Assembly (NCBI GenBank): GCA_963764175.1
Contig: CAVXRE010000015.1
Span: 9,461 to 73,460 of the forward strand
Source of the DNA: an uncultured Verrucomicrobiae bacterium
GTDB taxonomy: Bacteria; Verrucomicrobiota; Verrucomicrobiia; Limisphaerales; UBA11358
Direction of reading: 5' to 3'
Length of the DNA stretch: 64,000 bases
Below the pieces are notes generated by a model. That model saw nothing but the letters and a program-made list of their open reading frames with translations. It was not told the DNA's origin and did not search any database. Shown one piece after another: positions 15,804 to 25,872 of this stretch; positions within the stretch are counted from its first letter, which is position 1, and every line of letters begins with the position of its first letter. Both the position numbers and the translations under genes were made by a program.

Positions 15804-18800
15804 ATGTCAAAGCGTTTGATTTTAATCATCTTGGGTCTCGCCCTTGCGGGACTGGGCATCTTTTTGTTGCGGCCGGCTGGAGAGGGAGATGGCTTCACCC
15901 GTTTGATGTCGCGCGGCAACGGTTATCTGGAGAAAGGCGACGCCACCAATGCCATCGCCACCTACCTGCAAGTGGTGAAACTGGCGCCGGACAATCTCGA
16001 CGCGCGATTGAATCTGGCCAACGCCTACCTGCTGGCTGATGACAGTTCAAACGTGGTTGAACAGTGCCGCCAAGCCATCAATCTGGATCAGAACAGCGCG
16101 GCGGCTTATTACTTGATGGGCTGCGCTTATTTGCGGTCGAACCAGGCCGAACCGGCCGTTCAGGCGTTCCAGCAATCCGGGCAAATTGACAATGCGGTGA
16201 CCGCGCTGCATTTCCAGTTGGGCCTGGCCCAGACGCGTTTGGGGCGCCTCGACGACGCCATCAGCGAATTTGAAACTGTACTGCGGTTTGAACCGGAGCA
16301 TCCGTCCGTCCACTATCAACTCAGCCTGCTTTACGGGCGTGTCGGACGCCCGGAGGATGCCGCGCGGGAAATGCAGAAGCACCAGGAAATCCTGGCCAAA
16401 AATCCCGGCGGCGCAAGTGGTCCGGCCACCTTCGAGCGCTGCAAATACACGCAGCCGCAGATTGCATTCAAACTCGAAGAACCCGACCGGCGCGGTGTTC
16501 CGGTGCATTTCACGGATGCCACTTCCACCGCCTTCAGCCAGCCGTCAGATTTTCACGGGCCGATGGGCGTGCTGGATTACAACCACGACGGACGCAACAG
16601 CCTGTTTGTGACGGAAGGCGAAAAAGGATTCCGCGTCTTGGACAATCAAAACGGACATTTCAAACCGCTGGGCGAAATTTTGCCGGGCAAGCCGGGTGCA
16701 AATTATCGCCGCTGCCTGGTGGGCGACGTCAACAATGACCGCTTTGACGACGTGATTGTGCTGGGTGAGCAGGCGTCTCACGCATTCAAATTCGCGACCA
16801 ACGGCCAGTGCCGTGAGGTGACCGCGTTTGCCGGACTGAAAAATTTGAAGGCAAGCGACGGCCTGCTGGCCGATCTCGATTTCACCGGCAAACTCGATTT
16901 GCTGGCGGTTGCGCCGGATGGCAGCGGGCTGTCCGTCTATCAGAACCTTGGAAGTTTCTACTTTCAGGACAATACGGAGGCATCAGGCCTGCCTGCGGCG
17001 TTTGCAGGCGTGGAGCATGTTGCCGTGGATGATTGGAACAACGAAGACGTGCCGGGTGTTTTTGTCACCCGCACCGGCAAGCCGCCCGTTTTCTTTCCAA
17101 AACAACGCGCGGGTTCGTTCTTGTTGACCAATTCACCGGCGGATTGGCCGGTCGGCAACGTCATCGCCACCGGCGATCTCAATAATGATTTGCGAGACGA
17201 CCTCGTCGTGGCCGGTGACAGTGAAATTACCATCATTTATGGCGGCATGACGGAACGGGTGACCCTGCCGTTGCACGGATTGCAGGTGAAAGGAATCTTG
17301 CTCGTGGATTATGACAACGACGGGTGGCTGGATGTGATTGCTTACGGCAACGGCGTGCGAGCCTGGCGCAATCTGGGCCGGGCCGGTTTCGCTGATGTCA
17401 CCGCCGGGCTTGGTCTCGATAAAATCGGCCCCGTGGATGAATTGGTGGCGGCGGATTTTACCGGCGACGGCGCCACTGACCTGATCGCCAGCACACCCAA
17501 CGGCCTGCGATTTTTGAGAAATGACGGCGGCAACGCTAACCGTCAACTGAAGCTGCGGCTGGCGGGCAATCGTTCCAACGCCAGCGCGTTCGGTGTGCGC
17601 GTCGAACTGACGGCCGGCAACTGGCGGACGATCCGCACACTGCAACAACTGCCCCTGGAAATCGGGGTCGGCAAACACGACAAGATAGACGCTCTCAAAA
17701 CGCGCTGGTTCGACCTCTCCAGCACGCTGGTGGACGTGGCGGTTCCCACCAATCAATTGACGCTCGACGAGCTGACCCTCCCCACCGGCTCGTGCCCGTA
17801 TCTTTATGCCTGGGACGGCCAGCGATTCAAATTTGTGACCGACATTCTCGGCGCTTCACCACTGGGATTGCCGGTCAGCAAGAAGCGCTACATCGAATCC
17901 GATCCGGAGGAATTTCTGGCATTGGGAGACGAACAACAATTTCCGGCGAAAAACGGCGCGTACGAAGTCAGAATCACCGAGGAACTCCGCGAGGTGCTTT
18001 ATCTCGACGAAGCCCGGTTGGTGGTGGTGGATCATCCAGCCGGAACACTGGTTTGCCCGACGAGCAAATTGCGTCCCGGCAAACCATTCCCGCCTCACGA
18101 ACTCTGGACTTTGCGCCCGGTGGCTCCCCTCAAACAAGCCATCCGCAGCGACGGTCTGGATGTGACCGAGGCATTGGCGAAGACGGATGGCAGGATGGTT
18201 TCGCCGGTGCGCTTGCGCGAGCCGCAATTGCGCGGGCTGGCCGAACCGTTTTCCGTCACGATGGATTTTGGCGAATTGCCGGTTGACCGCCCGCTCGTCC
18301 TCGTCCTCAACGGATGGCTGCGCTTCGGCGGCGGCATGGCAAATGTGGCGGCCTCGCTGGACCCAAACCTGCCATTTCCGTTTCCGACGCTCGAAGCGGA
18401 GATGCCGGATGGTTCGTGGAAGAAAATTGACACCGACGTTGGCGCGCCTGCGGGCAAGACCAAGACCATCCTCGTTGACCTGGACAAAAAGCTTCCGCCG
18501 GGCGCGCGCTGGCTCCGGCTGACGACGGCATTCGAGATTTATTGGGACTCCGCCAGCCTGTGCGAGAAGGTTTTGGCTGATCAGAATCACCAAATCACTT
18601 TGGCTCCCGGTCACACGGATTTGCACTGGCGGGGATTCAGCGAGTTTGCTCCCCTGCCCTCCTCGCAGCCGCTCACGCCGGTTTACGACCGGCCTCGCTC
18701 CGAGCCGCCCTGGCGGCGCACGCCGTCCGGCTGGTGCACGCGGTATGGTCCGGTGGACGAACTGCTCCAAAAAAGCGACGACGCGCTGGTGTTGATGAAT

Positions 18801-19079
18801 GGCGGCGATGAACTTGCCCTTTCGTTCTCATCTGCTCAACTGACGCCGAAACCGGCGGGATTTGTCCGCGACTTTTTCCTTTATGCCGTTGGCTGGGACA
18901 AGGACGCGGATTTTCACGTCGGCCAAGGCTGGCGGGTTGAACCGCTGCCGTTCCATGGCATGGACGATCAGGCATACGACCACCAGCAGCGCCCGGCGGG
19001 GATCGACGACGGCTGGATTGAAAAATACAACACACGCTGGGTGGGGCCGATGGTATTGAGCAAAAGCAAGCCATTCTGA
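15804..19079 (+). CDS. TPR + FG-GAP + ASPIC/UnbV protein with a large uncharacterised C-terminal domain
   Basis: N-terminal TM helix, about 5 TPRs, DxNNDx repeats, LAGNRSNASAFG, then GSCPYLYAWDG..ITEELREVLYLDE..GWDKDAD. Confidence 0.85.
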   Translation: MSKRLILIILGLALAGLGIFLLRPAGEGDGFTRLMSRGNGYLEKGDATNAIATYLQVVKLAPDNLDARLNLANAYLLADDSSNVVEQCRQAINLDQNSAAAYYLMGCAYLRSNQAEPAVQAFQQSGQIDNAVTALHFQLGLAQTRLGRLDDAISEFETVLRFEPEHPSVHYQLSLLYGRVGRPEDAAREMQKHQEILAKNPGGASGPATFERCKYTQPQIAFKLEEPDRRGVPVHFTDATSTAFSQPSDFHGPMGVLDYNHDGRNSLFVTEGEKGFRVLDNQNGHFKPLGEILPGKPGANYRRCLVGDVNNDRFDDVIVLGEQASHAFKFATNGQCREVTAFAGLKNLKASDGLLADLDFTGKLDLLAVAPDGSGLSVYQNLGSFYFQDNTEASGLPAAFAGVEHVAVDDWNNEDVPGVFVTRTGKPPVFFPKQRAGSFLLTNSPADWPVGNVIATGDLNNDLRDDLVVAGDSEITIIYGGMTERVTLPLHGLQVKGILLVDYDNDGWLDVIAYGNGVRAWRNLGRAGFADVTAGLGLDKIGPVDELVAADFTGDGATDLIASTPNGLRFLRNDGGNANRQLKLRLAGNRSNASAFGVRVELTAGNWRTIRTLQQLPLEIGVGKHDKIDALKTRWFDLSSTLVDVAVPTNQLTLDELTLPTGSCPYLYAWDGQRFKFVTDILGASPLGLPVSKKRYIESDPEEFLALGDEQQFPAKNGAYEVRITEELREVLYLDEARLVVVDHPAGTLVCPTSKLRPGKPFPPHELWTLRPVAPLKQAIRSDGLDVTEALAKTDGRMVSPVRLREPQLRGLAEPFSVTMDFGELPVDRPLVLVLNGWLRFGGGMANVAASLDPNLPFPFPTLEAEMPDGSWKKIDTDVGAPAGKTKTILVDLDKKLPPGARWLRLTTAFEIYWDSASLCEKVLADQNHQITLAPGHTDLHWRGFSEFAPLPSSQPLTPVYDRPRSEPPWRRTPSGWCTRYGPVDELLQKSDDALVLMNGGDELALSFSSAQLTPKPAGFVRDFFLYAVGWDKDADFHVGQGWRVEPLPFHGMDDQAYDHQQRPAGIDDGWIEKYNTRWVGPMVLSKSKPF

Positions 19080-19088
19080 TTTCATGAC

Positions 19089-19113
19089 TTTGCCGTGAGA
19101 GAATCACGGCAAA
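19089..19113. terminator. Hairpin between convergent genes (probable bidirectional terminator)
   Basis: TTTGCCGTGA-GAGAA-TCACGGCAAA, a perfect 10-bp stem. Confidence 0.6.
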
Positions 19114-19137
19114 AGCCGACCTCAACGCCCGCATACA

Positions 19138-20109
19138 TTAAGGAACAGGAAAGACATTCACCGTCAGCCGGTCGCTCGGCGAGTTGTCACTGTAGACGGA
19201 ATCGTAATAGTGGAAATGGATGGGCTGGCCCGTGCCGACGTAAAGCATATAATAAATGTGGTCCTGACGAAACGGGCCCCACCAGTTTTGACGGGGAGTT
19301 TTGCGGGGGTCCGTTTCGTCCACACCCAGGCCATAATCAATGTTTTGATCGCCAATGTCCTCCGCCCCCGAACCGTCGGCCTTGTAATCCATGTATTCGG
19401 CGTCGCCGTGTCCCAGGCCGCCACCACCGACTTTGCCTGAACCGGAGGCTTGCAGCAGATAAACCATCTGGCTGCTGGCGGTCATGGTCGTTTGTACGGT
19501 TTCGTTCAGATACGAAACCTGCATGGTTTCGAGCGGCTTTGGCAATTCCACCGGCGCGGGAGACAAGCGGAACAGCGTGACGGTGATCGCACCGGTCCCG
19601 GATTGGTCGCCGCCGGTGACCAGCTTGAGCGTGAGCGGTTGGCCGGTGCCGGTGGCGAGCAGATAATAAACATGGTCCGCGCGATGGTTCCCGAACCATT
19701 TCATGCGTCCGGGGACAACACCTTTCGGCAAGCGCGGTTCCTTGAGGCCGGTGTCAATGCCCACGTCCGTGCCCGACACCACATCCGTCCCCGTGGCCGA
19801 CGCGCCGCTGTTTTCATACTCGGCATCCAACCGTTTCTGCCCCAAAGCAACAGCCCCGGTGGCCTTGAGCAAAAATAATTCGCCCCGGTCTAAGCTGTTT
19901 GTGAAAGTCACCGCGCCACCGCTGGCCGGAACCTGCACCGATTCCAACGCCGTCTGGGCCTGGCTGGAGGCCGTGATCACAATTCCTGCCGTAACCAGGC
20001 ATGCGGAGAAAAAACATTGTTTTAACGTGAATCGCGAGGCGTCCGGCCCCTGCTTATTCCCACGGTGACGGGTCCGGCAAAGCGCGGCGGCAAAGTGATA
20101 TATGGCCAT
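19138..20109 (-). CDS. Hypothetical secreted protein with two tandem homologous domains
   Basis: Signal-like CLVTAGIVITASSQAQ; duplicated LE..QV..LL.A.G..DAEY..W(F/W)G..R.DH.YY.L..GTGQP. Start uncertain. Confidence 0.65.
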   Translation of the reverse strand: MAIYHFAAALCRTRHRGNKQGPDASRFTLKQCFFSACLVTAGIVITASSQAQTALESVQVPASGGAVTFTNSLDRGELFLLKATGAVALGQKRLDAEYENSGASATGTDVVSGTDVGIDTGLKEPRLPKGVVPGRMKWFGNHRADHVYYLLATGTGQPLTLKLVTGGDQSGTGAITVTLFRLSPAPVELPKPLETMQVSYLNETVQTTMTASSQMVYLLQASGSGKVGGGGLGHGDAEYMDYKADGSGAEDIGDQNIDYGLGVDETDPRKTPRQNWWGPFRQDHIYYMLYVGTGQPIHFHYYDSVYSDNSPSDRLTVNVFPVP

Positions 20110-20265
20110 GCGCTGAAGCTAACGGTAAAATCAGAAATTTGGAAAGCGGAAATCCGAAGTCAGTCTCTTTGCAGAAAATTCCGTGCTCATCAAACCCATC
20201 AGGCACATCCGACCCGCCCGTCGCGAGCAACCCCCGCCTGTTCCAGCCCCGTCCTTTGCTGGCGG

Positions 20266-21828
20266 TCACTTGAAGGCGCGCAATTCATCGAGCAACGCAT
20301 CCCGCCGCTTCAGGTCGTTCTCCTCCCTGGCAGCGTTGAGAGTGGCGCGCAAACCGTTCACCAATCGCTCGCGCACGACTGCGTCGGCCGGATGGGCCTT
20401 GAACAGTCTGCGTAGTTCGTCGAGCAAAGCATCCCGCTTTTTCAGGTCGTTCTCCTCCTTTGCATCGTAGAGCGTGTTGAACAAACCGTTTGCGAACTGC
20501 TCACGCACGACTGCGTCAGCCGGATTGGCTTGGGACAGCTCGCGCAGTTCGTCGAGCAAAGCATCCCGCCGTTTCAGGTCTTTCTCCTCCTTGGCCGCGT
20601 TGATTGCGTTGAACAAACTCTTCGCCAATCGCTCGCGCACGGCGGCTTCAGCCGGATTAACCTGGCACAGTTTTCGCAGTTCGTCGAGCAACGCATCCCG
20701 CCGTTTCAGGTCGTTCTCCTCCCTGGCTGCGTTGAGCGCATGGAATAAACCCATCGCCAATTGCCCGGACAGGCCTTCGCTGGCCGGACAGGCTTGCCAA
20801 AGTTTTCGCAATTCGTCGAGCAACGCATCCCGCCGTTTCAGGTCGTTTTCTTTCTTGGCGGCGTTGAGCGTGTTGACCAGACCATTCGCCAATTGTTCGC
20901 GGACGACTTCGTCAGCAGGACAGGCTTGGGACAGTTTGCGCAGTTCGTCGAGCAACGCATCCCGCCGCTTCAGGTCGTTCTCCTCCCTGGCATCGTAGAG
21001 CGTGTTGGCCAGACCGTTCGCCAATTGTTGGCGCACAGCGGCGTCAGCTTGATTGGCTTCAAACAGCTTGCGCAGTTCGTCGAGCAACGCATCCCGCCGT
21101 GTCAGGTCGTTCTCGTCCTTGGCAGCGTTGAGTATGCAAAACAAACCGTTCGCCATTCGCTCGCGCACGACTTCGTCAGCAGGATAAGCTTGTGACAACT
21201 CGCGCAGTTCGTGGAGCAACGCATCCCGCCGCTTCAGATCGTTTTCCTCCCCGGCATCGTAGAGCGTATTGAACAAGCCCTTCGCCAATTGTTCGCGGAC
21301 GACCATGTCAGCCGGATTGGCTTGGGATAATTTGCGCAGTTCGTCGAGCAACGCATCCCGCCGTTTCAGGTCGTTCTCCTCCCTGGCGTCGAAAAGTGTG
21401 TTGAACAAACCTTTCGCCAATTGCCCGCGCACGATCCCTTCAGCCGGATTGGCTTGGGACAATACGCGCAGTTCGTGGAGCAACGCATCCCGCCGCTTCA
21501 GGTCGTTCTCCTCCCTGGCGTCGAAGAGCGTGTTGACCAAACCCTTCGCCAATTGCTCCAGCACCGCTGCGTCAGCCGGATTTGCCTGCGACAGTTCTCG
21601 CAGCTCGCCGAGCAATGCATCCCGCCGCTTCAGGTCGTTCTCCTCCCTGGCGTCGAAGAGCGCATTGAACAAGCCTGTCGCCAATTGCTCGCGCATGATT
21701 GCTTCAGCCGGATTGGCCTGCGACACGTTACGCAGTTCGTCGAGCAACGTATCCCGCAGCTTGCGGTCGTTCTCCCCCTTGGCATCGTTGAACTGACGCC
21801 TGTCAGGAAATATTCGTTTGGCTTCCAT
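20266..21828 (-). CDS. Alpha-solenoid protein of 11 complete + 1 partial 44-aa repeats (TPR/HEAT-like)
   Basis: Consensus ENDLKRRDALLDELRKLSQANPADAVVREQLAKGLFNTLxDARE; 18 + 11x44 + 18 = 520 aa. Confidence 0.85.
   Translation of the reverse strand: MEAKRIFPDRRQFNDAKGENDRKLRDTLLDELRNVSQANPAEAIMREQLATGLFNALFDAREENDLKRRDALLGELRELSQANPADAAVLEQLAKGLVNTLFDAREENDLKRRDALLHELRVLSQANPAEGIVRGQLAKGLFNTLFDAREENDLKRRDALLDELRKLSQANPADMVVREQLAKGLFNTLYDAGEENDLKRRDALLHELRELSQAYPADEVVRERMANGLFCILNAAKDENDLTRRDALLDELRKLFEANQADAAVRQQLANGLANTLYDAREENDLKRRDALLDELRKLSQACPADEVVREQLANGLVNTLNAAKKENDLKRRDALLDELRKLWQACPASEGLSGQLAMGLFHALNAAREENDLKRRDALLDELRKLCQVNPAEAAVRERLAKSLFNAINAAKEEKDLKRRDALLDELRELSQANPADAVVREQFANGLFNTLYDAKEENDLKKRDALLDELRRLFKAHPADAVVRERLVNGLRATLNAAREENDLKRRDALLDELRAFK
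20269..21774 (-). repeat. 132-bp coding tandem repeat, about 11.4 copies
   Basis: Near-identical 'gcagttcgtcgagcaacgcatcccgccg(c/t)ttcaggtcgttctcctcc' recurs every 132 bp. Confidence 0.9.
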
Positions 21829-21906
21829 GCGTTAATCAACCCTAGGCACAAAACCAAATTGTTGACGAGAAAAAATTGGCCCGCGCCGAGAATTGCCTAG
21901 CATAGG

Positions 21907-21923
21907 TGGCGCGTCCGGCAGGA
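21907..21923 (-). repeat. att site: 17-bp duplicate of the tRNA-Arg 3' end
   Basis: TGGCGCGTCCGGCAGGA, identical to 32235-32251. Confidence 0.85.
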
Positions 21924-22237
21924 ACTACGCTCGCCACGACGGGGTGGAAACGCGATTGGAGTCGTGGCAGTGCAAACCCGCGCCGCCGGGTTTCCGACAG
22001 CACGTCATCCGCCTATAAATGGACGCTGGTGGGAAAAGGTAACAGACTATTTTCATCCAAAAAACAGAGTCTGGCAGTTCAATATGAATTTCCTCTGCCC
22101 GGTTTTGCGGCGCAAACGGAATTTGTCCAGTGGTCTTTTGCATTTTCGAGCACGAGCATTTGAATCGGCGTGGTGTTGAGAATCAGTTCCAAACCAGGCT
22201 GGCGGGGTGCAACATCCATTTTTCCCCAAACCAAGAG

Positions 22238-22603
22238 CTACTCGATGCTTTGGCGATTTTCCTGCGCTGCTCTGAGCAGTCGTTTTGCCTGCTCTCCCCC
22301 CTGTCCGGAATCCACCAGCTTCTGCGCCCATTGCCTTGCCGGGTCAAACTTGCCCTCTGCCAGATAAAGCTCAGTCAAATTAAGCCAAATGTTGATCGCT
22401 GGCGGCGTGGCCGGAGCTTTGTCCGCGGCCTGGAGCAGATAGATTTCCGCCTGATCGTAATTTTTCTGTTGCAGATAAACCTGCCAAGCCCGTCCAATAC
22501 ACACAGACAGCTTCTTCGCAATGTACTCGTCGAGGATTTCCTGCACGGTCAGGGCGACGATGACTTTATGGCTGCGCTTGAAGAACGATTCGATCTCCTG
22601 CAA
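22238..22603 (-). pseudogene. TPR-containing gene fragment, possibly fused to an integrase-like N-terminal scrap
   Basis: C-terminal AWQVYLQQKNYDQAEIYLLQA..WLNLTELYLAEGKFDPARQWAQKL is TPR-like. TTG start with no clear RBS. Confidence 0.4.
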
Positions 22604-22933
22604 TGCGTCCGACGAATAACATTACACACCGAACACCGAGCGCCCGGTGATTCATTTGAACTTCACCGGATTAAGTCTCTAACCGAAGCTTTGAACACGA
22701 GTTGATAGTTGCGATTGGGCAGATTTTTGAGAAGGCGTTGGCGAAAAAAATGGAAAGTCTGAAAGGCGGCGACAAACTGCGGTAAACCGTGCCGGACACA
22801 ACGCTGGACGCGATGTAACTCAACATATATTGTCATGCAAAATGGCAAAATGCGGTTTGGTTTTGTTGTATCTTTGCCAATTTTCACGACGTCTATTTGT
22901 TTGAATGCAACGAAAGCGTATCGCCCAGCGCAT

Positions 22934-24508
22934 ATGAAGGCATGTTTGCTTTTGACGGTCTTCATTCTGTCATCCGCGCTGAGCGGAATCACGGCACCCG
23001 GTCTCCTTGAAAGCAATGCCGTCTTCACGTCGGAAGACACAATCGACAAACTGGTTTCCGCAAAGTTGCAGGATTTGAAAATCCAGTCGGCACCTGTTTG
23101 CCCGGACGCCGTATTCGTAAGGCGCGTCTATTTGGACGTGATTGGCACCCTGCCCACGGCGCTGGAGGCGGAGAACTTCATTCTGGATCGAAACCCGGAC
23201 AAGCGCCGCATCCTGATAGACCAGCTGCTCGAACGCGACGAGTTCGCGGATTATTGGACCATGAAGTGGAGCGACCTGCTGCGCATCAAGGCGGAGTTCC
23301 CCATCAACCTCTGGCCTAACGCCGCGCAGGCATATCACTACTGGGTCCGTGACTGCATCAGAAAAAATGTGCCGTATGACAAATTCGCCCGCGACCTGCT
23401 CACCGCCAGCGGCAGCAATTTCGCCGTGCCCCAGGTTAATTTTTACCGCGCCTTGCAAAGCAAGGACCCCCAGACCATCGCGCAAGCCGTGGCCCTGACA
23501 TTCATGGGGGTGAGACTGGAAAAATGGCCGGAGGAACAACGGGATAATCTGGCGGCGTTTTTCTCCAATGTCGGCTACAAATCCACGCTCGAATGGAAGG
23601 AGCAGATTGTTTATTTCGATCGCGCCGCGACCAACGCGCAGGCTTTGACCGGTGCGCCGCGCCTCGCGACTTTTCCCGACGGCACGACTGTCACGTTGTT
23701 GCAGGATAAGGACCCGCGCGAGGCGTTTGCCAACTGGCTGATTGATCCAAAAAATCGATGGTTTGTGCGCAATATTGTCAACCGCACCTGGTCATGGCTG
23801 CTCGGCCGCGGAATCATCCAGGAACCGGACGACATCCGCGCGGACAATCCGCCAGCCAACCCCGAATTGCTCGCTTATCTGGAGCAGGAATTGATTTCGT
23901 CCGGTTATGACCTCAAGCACCTCTATCGCCTGATTTTGAATTCAAGGACATATCAGCTTTCTTCCATTCCGCAAACCACCGACCCGGATGGTGCGGCCAA
24001 TTTTGCCTTTTATCCATTGCGGCGGCTGGACGCAGAGGTGCTGATTGACGCCGTGGATCAAATCACCGGTTCCACGGAAAGCTACTCCAGTGCGATCCCG
24101 GAGCCTTACACATTCATTCCGACGGAGGAGCGTTCCATTGCCCTGCCGGATGGCAGCATCACCAGTTCTTTTCTGGAAATGTTCGGCCGACCGCCGCGCG
24201 ACACTGGTTTGGAATCGGAACGCAACAATCACGTCACCGCCTCCCAAAAGTTGTGGCTGCTCAATTCCAGCCGGATGCGCCAAAAGATCGAGCAGAGCCG
24301 GATGATTCAATACCAGACGGAATCCGGCAAAACGCCGCGCGAAATTGCCGTCGGGATGTATCTTGGAATCCTTTCCCGTTTCCCGACGGAAGAAGAGTCG
24401 AAAACCGTCGAAACATATTTCCAGTCCAGCAACCTGGGCCGCCGCGAAGCGACGGTGGACTTGGCGTGGGCGCTGATGAACAGTGACGAATTTCTTTTCC
24501 GGCACTGA
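22934..24508 (+). CDS. DUF1549/DUF1553 (PSD1-type) PVC-signature protein
   Basis: ATG 22934 with signal peptide; FVRRVYLDVIGTLPT, FVRNIVNRTWSWLLGRGI.QEPDD, DLKHLYRLILNSRTYQLSS, RRLDAEVLIDA, DLAWALMNSDEFLFRH. Confidence 0.9.
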   Translation: MKACLLLTVFILSSALSGITAPGLLESNAVFTSEDTIDKLVSAKLQDLKIQSAPVCPDAVFVRRVYLDVIGTLPTALEAENFILDRNPDKRRILIDQLLERDEFADYWTMKWSDLLRIKAEFPINLWPNAAQAYHYWVRDCIRKNVPYDKFARDLLTASGSNFAVPQVNFYRALQSKDPQTIAQAVALTFMGVRLEKWPEEQRDNLAAFFSNVGYKSTLEWKEQIVYFDRAATNAQALTGAPRLATFPDGTTVTLLQDKDPREAFANWLIDPKNRWFVRNIVNRTWSWLLGRGIIQEPDDIRADNPPANPELLAYLEQELISSGYDLKHLYRLILNSRTYQLSSIPQTTDPDGAANFAFYPLRRLDAEVLIDAVDQITGSTESYSSAIPEPYTFIPTEERSIALPDGSITSSFLEMFGRPPRDTGLESERNNHVTASQKLWLLNSSRMRQKIEQSRMIQYQTESGKTPREIAVGMYLGILSRFPTEEESKTVETYFQSSNLGRREATVDLAWALMNSDEFLFRH

Positions 24509-24522
24509 AACCGAGTAATGTT

Positions 24523-25872
24523 GTGGGCAAAAATAAAAAATCAAATTCGTTTTCCGGCATCAGCCGGCGCGACGCCATCCGGCGCGGTCTCCTCGGCGTG
24601 GGCGGTTTGATGCTGGCGGACAGTTTGCAGCTGCGCGCCTTCGCCGCTGAGCGTTCACCCACGGCAAAGGCTGTGATTCAAATCTGGATGTGGGGCGGGC
24701 CATCACATCTGGATACCTTCGACCCGAAACCGGAAGCCGGTTACGATTATTGCGGGCCTTTCAAAAATCCAGTCCAGACCAACGTACCCGGAATCAAAAT
24801 CTGTGAACTGCTGCCATTGCTTGCGAAACAGGCCGACAAGTATTCCATCATCCGCAGCATGACCCATGGCGATAACGCCCACGAAACAGCGGCTTACATT
24901 GTCCAGACCGGACGGATGCCGGGCGGGCGGCTGGTTTATCCGTGTGTCGGCGCGGTGGTATCGCTGTTCAAAGGCTACGGCGCGGGTTACAAGGGGCTGA
25001 TTCCGCCCTACATCGTCCTGACCGATCCGCTGGGGCGCTTTTCCCCGGCCGGATTTCTGGGCGAACGCTGCCAGCCATTTGTAACCGGCGGCGATCCGTC
25101 GCAGACGCCCTTCGCCGTCGAAGGCGTCGTGGCCCCGGGCATTTCCGACCAGCGACAGAAAGACCGGCGCGAATTGCTCCATCAGTTGAACTCTCTGGAA
25201 CACTCCATCCCGGATGACGCGCAACTGGCCGAATCGAATCAGGCGGAACAACAAGCCTACGACATGATTCTCGGCGATGGCGCGAAGGTGTTTGATTTAT
25301 CGCAGGAAAAGCCGGAAATGCGCGACCGGTATGGCCGCGGAAAATTCGGCCAATCCTGCCTCGCCGCCCGGCGGCTGGTCGAACATGGTGTTCCCTTTGT
25401 CACAATCAATTCCCCCGGTTGGGACACGCACAAGGAAAATTTCCAGGCAATGCGCCGCTTGCTGCCGGACCTGGACAAGGGTATGGCTGCGCTGTTGCAG
25501 GATTTGTCGGACCGTGGGTTGCTCGACAGCACCATTGTCTGGTGCTGCGGCGAATTTGGCCGGACCCCAAAAGTTCAATGGGAGGAACCGTGGAACGGCG
25601 GACGCGGGCATTGGGGCAAAGTCTTTTCCGCCGTCGTCGCCGGTGGCGGATTCCAAGGCGGCCACGTCGTCGGGGCGTCCGAAGCAAAAGGCGAGGAGGT
25701 CAGGGAACGGCCGGTATATCCCGTGGACCTCATCGGCAGCATGTATGAATTGCTGGGCATTGGCGGAAACGCGAAACTTCCAAATCCCTACGGGCTGGAC
25801 ACCCGCGTCATGCCCACACCCGATGAAGGTGTCAAATCCGCCGGCTTGTTGAAGGAAATCATGCAATCATGA
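24523..25872 (+). CDS. DUF1501 domain protein (Tat-exported)
   Basis: SRRDAIRRG Tat-like motif; WMWGGPSHLDTFDPKP, FGQSCLAARRLVE.GV.FV, GWDTH, GEFGRTP, GRGHW. Confidence 0.92.
   Translation: MGKNKKSNSFSGISRRDAIRRGLLGVGGLMLADSLQLRAFAAERSPTAKAVIQIWMWGGPSHLDTFDPKPEAGYDYCGPFKNPVQTNVPGIKICELLPLLAKQADKYSIIRSMTHGDNAHETAAYIVQTGRMPGGRLVYPCVGAVVSLFKGYGAGYKGLIPPYIVLTDPLGRFSPAGFLGERCQPFVTGGDPSQTPFAVEGVVAPGISDQRQKDRRELLHQLNSLEHSIPDDAQLAESNQAEQQAYDMILGDGAKVFDLSQEKPEMRDRYGRGKFGQSCLAARRLVEHGVPFVTINSPGWDTHKENFQAMRRLLPDLDKGMAALLQDLSDRGLLDSTIVWCCGEFGRTPKVQWEEPWNGGRGHWGKVFSAVVAGGGFQGGHVVGASEAKGEEVRERPVYPVDLIGSMYELLGIGGNAKLPNPYGLDTRVMPTPDEGVKSAGLLKEIMQS

Noticed and set aside
3061-19079. Enediyne biosynthetic cluster, suggested by the UnbV domains
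   Set aside because: No PKSE, thioesterase, UnbL or UnbU visible; ASPIC/UnbV domains are widespread outside enediyne clusters.
20266-21828. CRISPR array, TALE-like DNA binder or DGR target
   Set aside because: The repeats are contiguous in-frame 132-bp coding units without spacers or cas genes. There is no TALE 33-35-aa consensus or RVD loop, and no reverse transcriptase or template repeat.
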